Part shown: positions 1 to 8,146 of the stretch, one piece after another
Numbering within the stretch: the first letter of the stretch is position 1
Layout of the letters: each line of letters starts with the position of its first letter
Source of the DNA: a bacterium
GTDB lineage: Bacteria; Zhuqueibacterota; QNDG01; DSAB01
Length of the DNA: 64,000 bases
Assembly (NCBI GenBank): GCA_016931965.1
Contig: JAFGDT010000110.1
Span: 40,377-104,376 of the forward strand
Reading direction: 5' to 3'
Made by a program: the position numbers and the translations under genes
Notes under the pieces: model-generated
What the model saw: only the letters and a program-made list of their open reading frames with translations
What the model was told of the DNA's origin: nothing
Databases searched by the model: none

Positions 1-555
1 ATCCCCGTCAAACGTCATCATGATGGGCCTGTTTCCGTATGCACATCCCTGGTCCATTCGGCCGCAGCGTGAGGGAGTGGTAATTTCACCCAGATAGGCA
101 TATTCCATCTCGCCGCGAATCGTCATTTTCAGATCGTAGATCCGGTTGAATGCGCGGGCGACAAGGACACAGATGGCGGCGCTGGATGAGAGTCCTTTTT
201 TTATGGGGAGATCGGTTAAATCATTCTCAATCTCAAGGCCGCGGACCCTGTAATGGGTCAGAACCTGGTAGGCCACACCGGCTACATAGCTGAAGAAGCC
301 TCCTTTTTTGGCTTCTTCCAGCAGGGTTTCCCTTTCCATGGGGAGTTCGAAAGGGCCTTTGCGGGTGCCATCTTCGAGCGTTGCACGGAAGATGAGTTTG
401 GACGGATGGGATTTCACCTCGGCATAGATGCCCTGGTTTGTGCCTGTGATCAGGGTGTATCCTTTCTCCAGATCGGCATTGATGCGGCGGTATCCCCCCG
501 CCCAGTCGCTGTGTTCACCAAAGAGACAGATCCGTCCTGGTACAAAGATTTTCAT
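1..555 (-). CDS. GHMP-family sugar kinase (galactokinase-like); the C-terminal part is cut off by the window edge
   Basis: The reverse-strand translation starts at ATG 553-555 (MKIFVPGRICLFGEHSDWAGG...). It carries the galactokinase-type GEHxDW motif and the GHMP phosphate-binding motif (GLSSSAAICV). The frame stays open to position 1. Confidence 0.7.
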   Translation of the reverse strand, partial: MKIFVPGRICLFGEHSDWAGGYRRINADLEKGYTLITGTNQGIYAEVKSHPSKLIFRATLEDGTRKGPFELPMERETLLEEAKKGGFFSYVAGVAYQVLTHYRVRGLEIENDLTDLPIKKGLSSSAAICVLVARAFNRIYDLKMTIRGEMEYAYLGEITTPSRCGRMDQGCAYGNRPIMMTFDGD

Positions 556-744
556 AATTTTTCCTTCTGTTATTAAAATGATCATCAGAATAATCGATGC
601 ATTATATTAGAAAGAATATAATAAATTATCGTTTGAAAGGCGAGGATTTTTATTTATCTGAAGATAATCAAATCAAATACAGTGATTCACCCATTCGATG
701 CCTCATCAAGTCGGGATTGGCGATGTCTATCAGCCACCTTCATC

Positions 745-773
745 TTGACAAGTTCTCGGAGAATTTGTATATT
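745..773 (+). promoter_or_regulatory. sigma70-type promoter: TTGACA, 17-nt spacer, TATATT
   Basis: The consensus -35 box is at 745-750 and the -10 box at 768-773, 25 nt upstream of the tRNA-Leu 5' end. Confidence 0.55.
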
Positions 774-798
774 GATTTCGATTGTAGAACGTCACTCT

Positions 799-882
799 GC
801 CGGGGTGGTGAAATTGGTAGACGCAGGGGACTCAAAATCCCCCGGACTTCGGTCCATGAGAGTTCGATTCTCTCCCCCGGCA
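799..882 (+). tRNA. tRNA-Leu (anticodon CAA), class II with a long variable arm
   Basis: The 7-bp acceptor stem is GCCGGGG/CCCCGGC. The anticodon loop is CTCAAAA with CAA at 833-835. There is a long variable arm, a T-loop TTCGATT and discriminator A882. CCA is not encoded. Confidence 0.9.
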
Positions 883-892
883 CACACATTCG

Positions 893-927
893 GCCACACG
901 TTATTCCTGGTGTGGCACTATTTTTAT
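893..927 (+). terminator. hairpin terminator downstream of tRNA-Leu
   Basis: A GCCACAC/GTGTGGC stem with a 10-nt loop is followed by ACTATTTTTAT. Confidence 0.45.
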
Positions 928-1024
928 CCGCAACCATTTGTTTTCGATCATCAATCATGAAAAAAACGGAAAATGTAATTTTCCCAATCGCTTATCGGAT
1001 CAGTTATTGGTTCAAGGAGATACT

Positions 1025-2542
1025 GTGAATAACCGAGTGGGTTTTGACAATGATCGCTATCTTGAAGAACAGACGTCGGCCATACTTGAACGCGTAGAGC
1101 GGTTCAACAACAAACTCTACCTCGAATTCGGGGGCAAACTGCTTTACGATCTTCATGCTTCCCGGGTTCTTCCCGGGTTTGATCCCAATGTAAAGATGCG
1201 GCTGCTTCAGCAGTTAAAGGACAGGGCCGACATCATTCTCTGTATTTATGCGGGTGATATCGAACGAAAAAAAGTCCGAGCCGATTTCGGTATTACTTAT
1301 GATACGGATGCTCTGAAATTGATCGATGATTTAAGAGATTGGGGCATTGATGTCCTCGCTGTGGTCATCACACGATACGAAGATCAACCGGCGACAAAAG
1401 TGTTTAAAAATCGGCTGGAACGACAAAACATCCGGGTCTATATCCATCGGTACACAAAAGGCTATCCCACTGATGTTGACTTGATTGTCAGTGATGAAGG
1501 GTACGGGGCAAATGAGTATATCCAAACCAAGAATCCGCTCGTTGTGGTCACCGGTCCGGGACCAGGAAGCGGCAAACTGGCCACCTGTCTATCGCAGTTG
1601 TATCATGAAAACAAGAATGGCATCAAAGCGGGCTATGCCAAATTTGAGACCTTTCCCATCTGGAATTTACCCTTAAAGCACCCGGTCAATGTGGCTTATG
1701 AAGCAGCCACCGCCGATATCCGGGATTACAATCAAATAGATCCTTTTCATCTCGAAGCCTACAGTGAAACAACCGTCAACTACAACCGGGATGTTGAGAT
1801 TTTTCCCGTTTTGAAAAAAATCCTTGGCAAGATAACGGGGAACCATTCCATCTATTTATCTCCTACCGACATGGGGGTCAACCGGGCCGGTTTTGGGATC
1901 CTTGACGACGGAGCTGTCCAAGAAGCAGCTAAGCAGGAGGTGATTCGAAGGGCATTCCGGTATAAATGTGAATACATGATGGGTTTTACAGATAAAGAGA
2001 CGGTGAAACGAATCGAACTGCTGATGGGTGAGTTGAATATCGTGCAGGAGGACAGGAAAGTGGTTCAGCCAGCAAGAAACGCCGCGAAGGAAGGTCAAAA
2101 AAAGGGGAAAGGACACGATGGGATCTACTGCGGGGCCGCATTGGAATTGAAAAACGGATCGATTATCACAGGCAAGAATTCTCCGCTCATGCACGCTGCA
2201 TCGAGCCTCATCCTGAATGCTGTAAAAGAGCTGGCCGGTATACCCGATGAAATTCATCTGCTGGCGCCAACGATTACCGAGTCCATCGGTCATTTCAAGA
2301 AAGAGCTATCCAATACAAAGAATGTCAGTATGGATCTGGAAGAAACCCTGATTGCACTCAGCATCAGCGTGACGAACAACCCTTCTGCACAGGTCGCTGT
2401 GAAGAAATTGAAGGAGCTCAATGGTTGTGAAGCGCATACCACACACATTCCCACACCGGGAGACGAAGCCGGCATGCGGAAACTGGGCATCAATCTAACC
2501 AGCGATCCTATTTTTTCGAGTAAGTGTCTTTTTATCAGTTAG
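1025..2542 (+). CDS. DUF1846 (UPF0371) family protein
   Basis: The N-terminal region (GFDNDRYLEEQ...YLEFGGKLLYD) is typical of DUF1846. I propose GTG 1025 as the start, 5 nt after AAGGAG. The six-frame ORF extends to ATG 938. Confidence 0.7.
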   Translation: MNNRVGFDNDRYLEEQTSAILERVERFNNKLYLEFGGKLLYDLHASRVLPGFDPNVKMRLLQQLKDRADIILCIYAGDIERKKVRADFGITYDTDALKLIDDLRDWGIDVLAVVITRYEDQPATKVFKNRLERQNIRVYIHRYTKGYPTDVDLIVSDEGYGANEYIQTKNPLVVVTGPGPGSGKLATCLSQLYHENKNGIKAGYAKFETFPIWNLPLKHPVNVAYEAATADIRDYNQIDPFHLEAYSETTVNYNRDVEIFPVLKKILGKITGNHSIYLSPTDMGVNRAGFGILDDGAVQEAAKQEVIRRAFRYKCEYMMGFTDKETVKRIELLMGELNIVQEDRKVVQPARNAAKEGQKKGKGHDGIYCGAALELKNGSIITGKNSPLMHAASSLILNAVKELAGIPDEIHLLAPTITESIGHFKKELSNTKNVSMDLEETLIALSISVTNNPSAQVAVKKLKELNGCEAHTTHIPTPGDEAGMRKLGINLTSDPIFSSKCLFIS

Positions 2543-2594
2543 GTGGGCATAGACTCAAATTCAAGGGAATCAACATATCTATCGTGGAGAGAAA

Positions 2595-3482
2595 ATGAAT
2601 GGTTTGACTTTCTACATCGTCGATGTATTTGCAGAAGAAAAATACAGCGGCAATCAACTCGCCGTGGTTCGACATGCTGAGCGGCTTTCCGAGACCGAAA
2701 TGCAGCGAATTGCCCGTGAGATGCATTTTTCTGAAACAACCTTTGTTCTCTCCGATCAATCGAGAGAGGGTGGATTCGATGTCCGCATTTTTACACCAGA
2801 AAATGAAGTGGATTTTGCCGGCCATCCCACATTGGGAACGGCTTATGTGATTCAGAAAAAGATCATTCAAATTCCAGTTGAAAGGATTGTATTAAATCTC
2901 AAAGTCGGACCGATACCCGTCTCATTTCAAAAAAAATCGGGAGATCATTCAATACTCTGGATGCAGCAGATTCATCCCACGTTTGGATCGACATTGCCTT
3001 CGGAACAGTTAGCAGAGGTCTTGTGTATCGACACAAACATGATTGATACACGCTTTCCCATTGAGCAAGTCTCCACCGGATTGCCCTTTATCATTGTTCC
3101 TCTCACAGGTCTTTCCGCTCTGAAGCAGATCAAAATCAATAGCAACGCGTACGATCGGTTAACCGAGAATCTCTGGGCAAAGATTATTCTGGTCTTTGCG
3201 CCCGAAGGGCATCATAAAACGGCTGATTTGAGTGTCAGGGTTTTTCCCCTCTGTTTTGGAATCCCCGAGGATCCGGCTACGGGGAGCGGCAACGGGTGCC
3301 TTGCAGGGTATCTGGTTAAACACCGTTATTTTGGTCAACCGGAAATCGATTTGAAAGTCAGTCAGGGACACGAAATCAAACGGCCCTCTCTACTTCATCT
3401 CAAAGCCAGGGAAACCGGTCAGAACATCGATATTCAAGTTGGGGGCCGGGTGATTGAAGTGGCTGAAGGGCAGCTCATTTAA
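2595..3482 (+). CDS. PhzF-family phenazine-biosynthesis-like isomerase/epimerase
   Basis: The 295-aa protein begins FYIVDVFAEEKYSGNQLAVV and contains HFSETTFV and GHPTLGTAYV, which are canonical PhzF/YddE motifs. Confidence 0.85.
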   Translation: MNGLTFYIVDVFAEEKYSGNQLAVVRHAERLSETEMQRIAREMHFSETTFVLSDQSREGGFDVRIFTPENEVDFAGHPTLGTAYVIQKKIIQIPVERIVLNLKVGPIPVSFQKKSGDHSILWMQQIHPTFGSTLPSEQLAEVLCIDTNMIDTRFPIEQVSTGLPFIIVPLTGLSALKQIKINSNAYDRLTENLWAKIILVFAPEGHHKTADLSVRVFPLCFGIPEDPATGSGNGCLAGYLVKHRYFGQPEIDLKVSQGHEIKRPSLLHLKARETGQNIDIQVGGRVIEVAEGQLI

Positions 3483-3552
3483 TCTTTTCCAGAAGATCAC
3501 TTCCCGATGAATGAATCGATTGAGTCGGAAATGAGAGTGTGAAAAAAGGATC

Positions 3553-4656
3553 ATGTCCAAGTATTATCAAGAATTGGAAAGCGAGGCGGAGCATACTTTC
3601 CCGATCGATTCGACCATTCAAAAACTGATTCAATACCAGCAAGATGCTGGATTCGGGTTTCCGCAGTACTGGGACACGACCTATCGGTTTCAGGATTTTT
3701 ATCGGGATTATGAAGATGGTCTGATCCATCGTATTTTGAATAGTCGTGAAGAAAAACTGAAACGCTTAATTCGTCAGGAACAGCTTGAATCCGGTAATCC
3801 CTTGGTTGAGGATCGCCCTTTATTCACCGATGCATTCCAGTTTGCAGCCAGGAAAATTCTCTGGCGGGCGTTTCGGCGAATCGGCTTTCAGGGCACAAAA
3901 TCGAAAGGGGAAGAGGGTGCTGTCCATGACGGCTGCTGGATCTGCATGGAGAATATTCCCGATGAACAGAAGGGATTCCGAATCACCGGTCCAGATGGAT
4001 CTCTCAGTCATGTCATTTTGATGAATCCTTTTCCCATACTCAAAGACCAGGTTACCATCGCATCGCTCCAGCATGAGCCGCAGGAACTGACGGAGAAACA
4101 CATTCGATTTATTCTTGATCTGGTTGAAAGATCGGAAGCGTTTAAATACAGTTTCAACGGTATCGGTGCAGGGGCGAGTATCCCGGCACATTTCCATTTT
4201 TATGGTTTTGCCGGGACACTTCCTGTCGAGGAGATTTCGCTCTCCGTGCCCATCAAAGAGACCGATCACATCTCTGTCCATCGACTGGATCCCGTCTGGC
4301 CCATCTCTGCCATTGTCCTCACCGGTCACAATGAACCGATTGTCGCTTTCTTGCTTGTCGTATCAAAGCATCTCCATTCAAAAAATTTACGTATGAACAT
4401 CCTGTTTACACGGGATGATGCAAGACAAGCGAGAGTCTATGTTTTCCCCAGAAAAAAAGCGGGACCGGAACCGGGCACCGGCTTTCACAGGCTTTTCGGG
4501 AGTATTGAAATGGGCGGTATGCTTGTCTGCGAATCGAGTGTGGAGTATCAGAATGCGCGTGGAGACCATTTTGTTGAGGCGCTCAAGCAGGTTGGAGTGT
4601 CCGGAGCCGGTTCATCGAGCAGTGAACTCGTTGAGGGATTGACTGTCGACCTATAG
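3553..4656 (+). CDS. HIT-like/GalT-like nucleotidyltransferase or phosphorylase family protein (possibly GDP-hexose-phosphorylase-like, DUF4922-like)
   Basis: The 367-aa protein has an HFHFYGF histidine motif after GIGAGASIPA, resembling the HxHxQ/HxHxH motif of GalT, Apa2 and VTC2-type enzymes. The family assignment is tentative. Confidence 0.45.
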   Translation: MSKYYQELESEAEHTFPIDSTIQKLIQYQQDAGFGFPQYWDTTYRFQDFYRDYEDGLIHRILNSREEKLKRLIRQEQLESGNPLVEDRPLFTDAFQFAARKILWRAFRRIGFQGTKSKGEEGAVHDGCWICMENIPDEQKGFRITGPDGSLSHVILMNPFPILKDQVTIASLQHEPQELTEKHIRFILDLVERSEAFKYSFNGIGAGASIPAHFHFYGFAGTLPVEEISLSVPIKETDHISVHRLDPVWPISAIVLTGHNEPIVAFLLVVSKHLHSKNLRMNILFTRDDARQARVYVFPRKKAGPEPGTGFHRLFGSIEMGGMLVCESSVEYQNARGDHFVEALKQVGVSGAGSSSSELVEGLTVDL

Positions 4657-4711
4657 AAACGATTCAATTTCTGGATTTGTAGTCGTTCTTATTTTCTTTT
4701 TCTGGATTTCC

Positions 4712-5725
4712 ATGAAATTATCCGCCCCAAAAAGAGTTATTCTTTTAATATGTCTTTTCCTGTTGCTGATAATTGGAGGTTATTTTGTCAACACGGCTTA
4801 TGTTCACTATTACCACTCCTCTCCACATCATGCATCCTATCGAGCGGATTTGTCCGATTTGTTTGATGATACACTGAGCCATTATTATGTGCACACTGAT
4901 GGGACAGGAGCGCTTGCTCTTGAATCGGGTATGTATGCCAATCCTCCTTTCAATTTTGATGGTGTGCCGGTTGTTGATTACGGGGAAGATGTCGGAAGAC
5001 AGGAAAATCCAGTGACAATTGCACAATACGGTCTGGACAATTGGGAGCTCTATCTGCAGACACAGGACGGGAAATATATCGATGTTCTGTTGATCCAATC
5101 CGACTGGCTGGTCGATCATCAAGAAAATGGCAAATGGGCGTACAATTTTGAAATCCATGAACGATCGCTTCAAAAAGGCTGGATTTCGGCGATGGCCCAG
5201 GGACAGGCCATTTCGCTACTGCTGCGCGCATGGCAATTTACAGAGGATTCAAGCTACTTTCAATCGGCTCAGGAATCATTATCCCTTTTTAAGTTGGATC
5301 TCAAAGAGAATGGTGTCTCTTTTTATGAAAGCGACAGTTCAATATGGTTTGAAGAATACCCTGATCCTTTCAATCCCACCCATGTCTTGAACGGGCATAT
5401 ATGGGCACTGTTTGGCCTCTGGGATTACTATCGTGTCACTCACGATTCGGTGGCAAGGCAATTGTTTGATGCTGGGATTCAAGCTGTTGAAGATCAAATC
5501 GATTGTTATGATACGGGGTACTGGGTACTGTACGAACAAAAACCGTTGCGTTTAGTCAGCGGCTCCTATATGGATTTACAGATTGATCAGATGGTGGTTC
5601 TTTATGCTCTGACTCAACATGAAGTTTTTGATGTTTATGCAAAAAAATGGTATGGATATTTTAACAATAAAAAGAATTTTCCCAAAATTGTGATACAAAA
5701 GATAAAATCTTTTTTAACACATTAA
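4712..5725 (+). CDS. D-glucuronyl C5-epimerase C-terminal-domain family protein with a signal anchor
   Basis: An N-terminal transmembrane helix is followed by WISAMAQGQAISLLLRAW and HVLNGHIWALFGLWDYY, both typical of the C5-epimerase C-terminal (alpha/alpha-toroid) domain. Confidence 0.65.
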   Translation: MKLSAPKRVILLICLFLLLIIGGYFVNTAYVHYYHSSPHHASYRADLSDLFDDTLSHYYVHTDGTGALALESGMYANPPFNFDGVPVVDYGEDVGRQENPVTIAQYGLDNWELYLQTQDGKYIDVLLIQSDWLVDHQENGKWAYNFEIHERSLQKGWISAMAQGQAISLLLRAWQFTEDSSYFQSAQESLSLFKLDLKENGVSFYESDSSIWFEEYPDPFNPTHVLNGHIWALFGLWDYYRVTHDSVARQLFDAGIQAVEDQIDCYDTGYWVLYEQKPLRLVSGSYMDLQIDQMVVLYALTQHEVFDVYAKKWYGYFNNKKNFPKIVIQKIKSFLTH

Positions 5726-5744
5726 ATCATTTCATGATATTCTC

Positions 5745-6440
5745 TCATTCTTGTGAATGGGCCTCGATAAAATCTTCCTCTATTTTTTCTGCCACACGAT
5801 CTGCTGTATAGTCGGCCAGATGCGTAAATCCGGTTATCATTTCTTCCTCAGATAAATCGGATAAGGCAGAGGCGGTGAGCACATTTCCAAATGATTCACC
5901 CAGACCGAATATAGAACCGGTGATGACTGTCTTTTCACGAATTGTCTTTTCCCAGACTTCGATGTGCCTGACGTTGTCGATTAGTCTGACATTCAGATCA
6001 ATGATAAATTCGACACTGGCATCCCATGATTTGGCCTCAATACCATATTTTTTTATCTTCATCATCATGAGAAAATCGGCGCCTTTTGTCTCTTCGAGAG
6101 GATAAAAATAGAGATATTCACTGCTCTGTTCGAGTGTCCGCTTTCGTATTTGTTCGGGGATATTTACCTGTGTCATGGCATTGTCCAGACGTTGTTGAGC
6201 CTGACGTAATTGAATCTCTTTCCCAATAGAGGTTCCAATCCGTATAGCTGTTTCGACCAATCCTTGACTTCCGAGATAAAAGGAATCCGAAAAAATTTGT
6301 GCCCTTGGGGGTGTGGCCATCATGGCCGCGACCGTGGTCTCATTAAACTCGTATTCATGGAGTCGGTTAGAGCTGCATCGGATGATGACAATAGAGACCA
6401 GGATGAGGATAAGCATAATAATGACTATTTGTTTTTTCAT
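5745..6440 (-). CDS. hypothetical lipoprotein
   Basis: I chose MKKQIVIIMLILILVSIVIIRCSS as the start because GGAGG lies 7 nt upstream. This is a signal peptide with a lipobox-like Cys. I found no family match. Confidence 0.55.
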   Translation of the reverse strand: MKKQIVIIMLILILVSIVIIRCSSNRLHEYEFNETTVAAMMATPPRAQIFSDSFYLGSQGLVETAIRIGTSIGKEIQLRQAQQRLDNAMTQVNIPEQIRKRTLEQSSEYLYFYPLEETKGADFLMMMKIKKYGIEAKSWDASVEFIIDLNVRLIDNVRHIEVWEKTIREKTVITGSIFGLGESFGNVLTASALSDLSEEEMITGFTHLADYTADRVAEKIEEDFIEAHSQE

Positions 6441-6477
6441 ATGTTCCTCCATTCGTTTTTTGGTTTATATTTTAGAC

Positions 6478-6592
6478 ATCCTCCTAAATCTCCCTTTGAA
6501 GGGAGATCCTCGTCCATTTTTTTTAGGACAAGGTAGAGGGATGTCTCTCCCCTTGAGTGGAGAACCTTGGCGATAGCCAAGGAAGAGGGGTG
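6478..6592. repeat. BIME-like mosaic hairpin element, copy a (modules A-B-C-D)
   Basis: It contains the hairpins TCTCCCTTTGAAGGGAGA, GTCC..GGAC, TCTCCCCTTGAGTGGAGA and CCTTGGCGATAGCCAAGG, then AAGAGGGGTGT. Related copies are at 6996-7081, 10145-10275 and 13201-13385. Confidence 0.8.
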
Positions 6593-6958
6593 TTACTCAA
6601 CCAATTGAATGATCCTTTCAACAACACCTTCAATATTATTTATGACATCCAGATTTGAGACCCGAAGAACTTTGAGATTCAATCCCTTTAGGTATGCATC
6701 CCGAATTTCATCGTATTCCAAACCGTCATCTTCGTAATGCTGGCCGCCATCGACTTCGATGACGAGGTTGGCTTCAGGCGCATAGAAATCAACGATGTAA
6801 TTGTCCATTGGGCGTTGGCGGAGGAATTTAACGCCAGCCATTTGCCTCATTCGCAGGTGCTGCCACAATTTAACTTCTGCATCGGTCATTGAACTGCGTA
6901 GTTTTCTGGCGCGGTCTTTCAATTTTGGATTGTATTTTAGAATTGGATTTTTTAGCAT
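6593..6958 (-). CDS. DUF559 (Vsr-like) endonuclease-domain protein
   Basis: The protein reads MLKNPILKYNPKLKDRARKLRSSMTDAEVKLWQHLR...VIEVDGGQHY. The six-frame ORF extends N-terminally into the repeat element, so I trimmed it to ATG 6958. Confidence 0.75.
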   Translation of the reverse strand: MLKNPILKYNPKLKDRARKLRSSMTDAEVKLWQHLRMRQMAGVKFLRQRPMDNYIVDFYAPEANLVIEVDGGQHYEDDGLEYDEIRDAYLKGLNLKVLRVSNLDVINNIEGVVERIIQLVE

Positions 6959-6995
6959 GCGTTTGAAGCTCTGTTCTTTTTGATTTCTTTTTGGA

Positions 6996-7081
6996 CACCC
7001 ACCTAAATCCTCCCTCAAGGGAGGACTTAACTTATCTCCCCTTGAGGGGAGACCCTTGGCGATAGCCAAGGAAGAGGGGTG
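6996..7081. repeat. BIME-like mosaic hairpin element, copy b (modules X-C-D)
   Basis: It contains TCCTCCCTCAAGGGAGGA, TCTCCCCTTGAGGGGAGA and CCTTGGCGATAGCCAAGG, then AAGAGGGGTGT, and abuts RM stub 4. Confidence 0.8.
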
Positions 7082-7185
7082 TCACACACTCCCCTCCACA
7101 ATCTTAATCTCCTCCTCCGTCAAGCCTTACAGCTCGTACACAAGTCGGTCAATCTGCGTGTCTGTAGCATCGATCTGGCGCTGGA
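7082..7185 (-). pseudogene. orphan 3'-terminal stub (copy 4) of a Type IIG RM gene
   Basis: A 104-bp stretch is homologous to 10276-10380, the last ~35 codons of the 974-aa RM gene (QRQIDATDTQIDRLVYEL...). The Tyr codon has become TAA at 7127-7129. No upstream gene body is present. Confidence 0.8.
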
Positions 7186-7205
7186 ACTGCTCGAGATTGC
7201 CTGCT

Positions 7206-7733
7206 CTATTTCCACTCATCGGGTCTTCTCAATATAAAACCATCTAACTTCTTCAATCTATCTGGGAAAACGGAATTTGCGATTCTCTTCTCAGGGAATA
7301 ATTTTTTCACCTTCTTTATCGGTGCAGAAAGATCACTGTCTGCTGAAATTAATATCGCTCTATCGAACCGATCCTTAAAAGCATCGGTTAACATTTCAAC
7401 GGCAATATTCACATCCGTCATTTTCTCGTTTGGTTTTGGTATGATGTTGCCACATTTGTAACATTCGATATCATTTGGAAGATAGTGGCCATAATAAATC
7501 TTGAATTTTTTCAAGGTTTCCAGTGCTTCAATAAACGTCGTCTGTCTTTTTACTTTATCCGGTGGAAAAGATACTCGTGAAGTAAAATATTTTGTCATAA
7601 TTAACTTTTGATCTTCTTTTAGAAGAGCCTTCGCCAGTTTCTGTAAGTTCAACCAATAATAACGCTTCCACTTTTTCTCCTTCAATCCAAAATACAGATT
7701 AAAACCATCGATGTATACGATCACTTTTTCCAT
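7206..7733 (-). CDS. NYN-domain (LabA-like) predicted RNase with a Cys-x2-Cys insert
   Basis: MEKVIVYIDGFNLYFG and DVNIAVEMLTDA...ILISADSDLSAP are the NYN (PF01936) hallmarks. I trimmed the start to ATG 7733; the ORF caller used TTG 7751. Confidence 0.8.
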   Translation of the reverse strand: MEKVIVYIDGFNLYFGLKEKKWKRYYWLNLQKLAKALLKEDQKLIMTKYFTSRVSFPPDKVKRQTTFIEALETLKKFKIYYGHYLPNDIECYKCGNIIPKPNEKMTDVNIAVEMLTDAFKDRFDRAILISADSDLSAPIKKVKKLFPEKRIANSVFPDRLKKLDGFILRRPDEWK

Positions 7734-7744
7734 GATAATTTTTC

Positions 7745-7773
7745 TTGACAAACGTAAACAAAGGTGTTATATT
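7745..7773 (+). promoter_or_regulatory. consensus sigma70 promoter TTGACA-17-TATATT, divergent from the NYN gene
   Basis: The -35 and -10 hexamers are exact with a 17-nt spacer, and no plus-strand ORF follows. Confidence 0.5.
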
Positions 7774-7780
7774 TTATCCA

Positions 7781-7848
7781 TAAGAACACCGCTGGAGATA
7801 GCATCTCCGGTTTGACGCTCCGACTCAGTCGGGGCGTTTCTTATTTCT
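7781..7848 (+). ncRNA. candidate small RNA N (~68 nt)
   Basis: The transcript implied by the 7745 promoter contains a GGAGAT-AGC-ATCTCC hairpin and then a CGCTCCGAC-TCA-GTCGGGGCG hairpin followed by TTTCTTATTTCT, a Rho-independent terminator. There is no ATG in it. Confidence 0.4.
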
Positions 7849-7870
7849 AAGGATCTCATTGCAACGATTT

Positions 7871-7957
7871 CTCCACCACCTTAATCTCCTCCTCCGTTAA
7901 ACCGTAAAGCTCGTACACCAGCCGGTCAATCTGTGCGTCTATGGAATTAATCTGGCG
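7871..7957 (-). pseudogene. orphan 3'-terminal stub (copy 3) of a Type IIG RM gene
   Basis: It is homologous to the RM 3' end and reads ...SIDAQIDRLVYELYGLTEEEIKVVEKSLQ* in frame, but there is no start codon or gene body upstream. Confidence 0.75.
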
Positions 7958-8014
7958 ATTATAGATAACCCATATTATCCTAAAATTAATTTTGATATAG
8001 TTGAAACTTTTTAC

Positions 8015-8042
8015 TTGACATTGTGTAAAATATTTGTAATTT
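8015..8042 (+). promoter_or_regulatory. sigma70-like promoter TTGACA-16-TAATTT
   Basis: The -35 box is exact and the -10 box is weaker. It is convergent with the 3' end of the DUF3800 gene 8140-8865. Confidence 0.35.
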
Positions 8043-8048
8043 TATAGT

Positions 8049-8146
8049 GCGCCACATAGAGCCGAAAACCCTGATGATGTCAGGGAAACCGTTTAACGGT
8101 AGTCCAGAATTTCGAGACGTAGGCTTGTCGGGCGCCTTTTTATTTT
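8049..8146 (+). ncRNA. candidate small RNA B (~100 nt)
   Basis: It contains the hairpin CCCTGA-TGATG-TCAGGG (8069-8085) and an ACCG...CGGT hairpin, and ends in GGCGCC plus TTTTTATTTT, which abuts the stop codon of the convergent DUF3800 gene. These could instead be terminator structures of that gene. Confidence 0.25.

Noticed and set aside
253-576. 107-aa plus-strand ORF at the window start
   Set aside because: It is antisense to the GHMP-kinase gene (minus strand, 1-555), which has clear kinase motifs. I treat the plus-strand ORF as a shadow ORF.
6960-7069. N-terminal extension of the DUF559 ORF (MAIAKGLPSRGDKLSPPLRE…)
   Set aside because: It is a translation of the BIME-like hairpin element. 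The same pseudo-peptide appears from the copies at 13161-13403 and 7056-7247. The real start is ATG 6958.
7966-8010. Upstream extension of stub 3 into a possible fused ORF
   Set aside because: Reading stub 3 upstream in frame gives no start codon or RM-like sequence (…YIKINFRIIWVIYNRQINSID…), so it is an orphan fragment and not a second RM gene.
8073-8146. 24-codon ORF (MMSGKPFNGSPEFRDVGLSGAFLF) inside candidate sRNA B
   Set aside because: It has no ribosome-binding site, no conservation evidence, and its sequence is dictated by the hairpins.
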